From the NCBI GenBank assembly GCA_051294375.1, contig JBJCIZ010000239.1:3196964-3260963 (forward strand): 64,000 nucleotides of DNA, given 5' to 3'. Position numbers and translations under genes: made by a program. This DNA is from Paraspadella gotoi (taxonomy: Eukaryota > Animalia > Chaetognatha). How positions within the stretch are numbered: position 1 is the first letter of the stretch; the number at the start of each line of letters is the position of its first letter. Below, in pieces: positions 63,968 to 64,000 of this stretch. The notes under the pieces were generated by a model that was given only the letters and a program-made list of their open reading frames with translations, did no database searches and had not been told where the DNA came from.

Positions 63968-64000
<33 letters not shown>

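Overview
Eukaryotic (animal-like), AT-rich draft-assembly window full of (GA)n, (GAC)n and (CTTT)n microsatellites and N-gaps; most ORFs in the supplied track are microsatellite read-throughs. Supported content: (i) the 3' part of a spliced + strand coiled-coil gene resembling ODF2/cenexin (86-3327); (ii) a spliced DUF229-family gene (~36.8-41.1 kb, +), convergent with an unidentified minus-strand gene, followed by a bHLH-like exon, all with many 1-nt deletions that look like read errors; (iii) a ~15 kb inverted duplication (16.45-31.2 kb) whose arms differ by reciprocal transposon insertions, namely a ~4.9 kb Helentron/DINE-1-like element and a ~630 bp hAT-type MITE, each with a second copy later in the window; (iv) two minimal type I hammerhead ribozyme motifs, one in a Penelope-like inverted structure; (v) minisatellites, promoter-like motif clusters and several probable gap-filling artefacts. 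No prokaryotic system, CRISPR array, rRNA or intact tRNA was found. Family assignments are from recalled motifs, not database searches.
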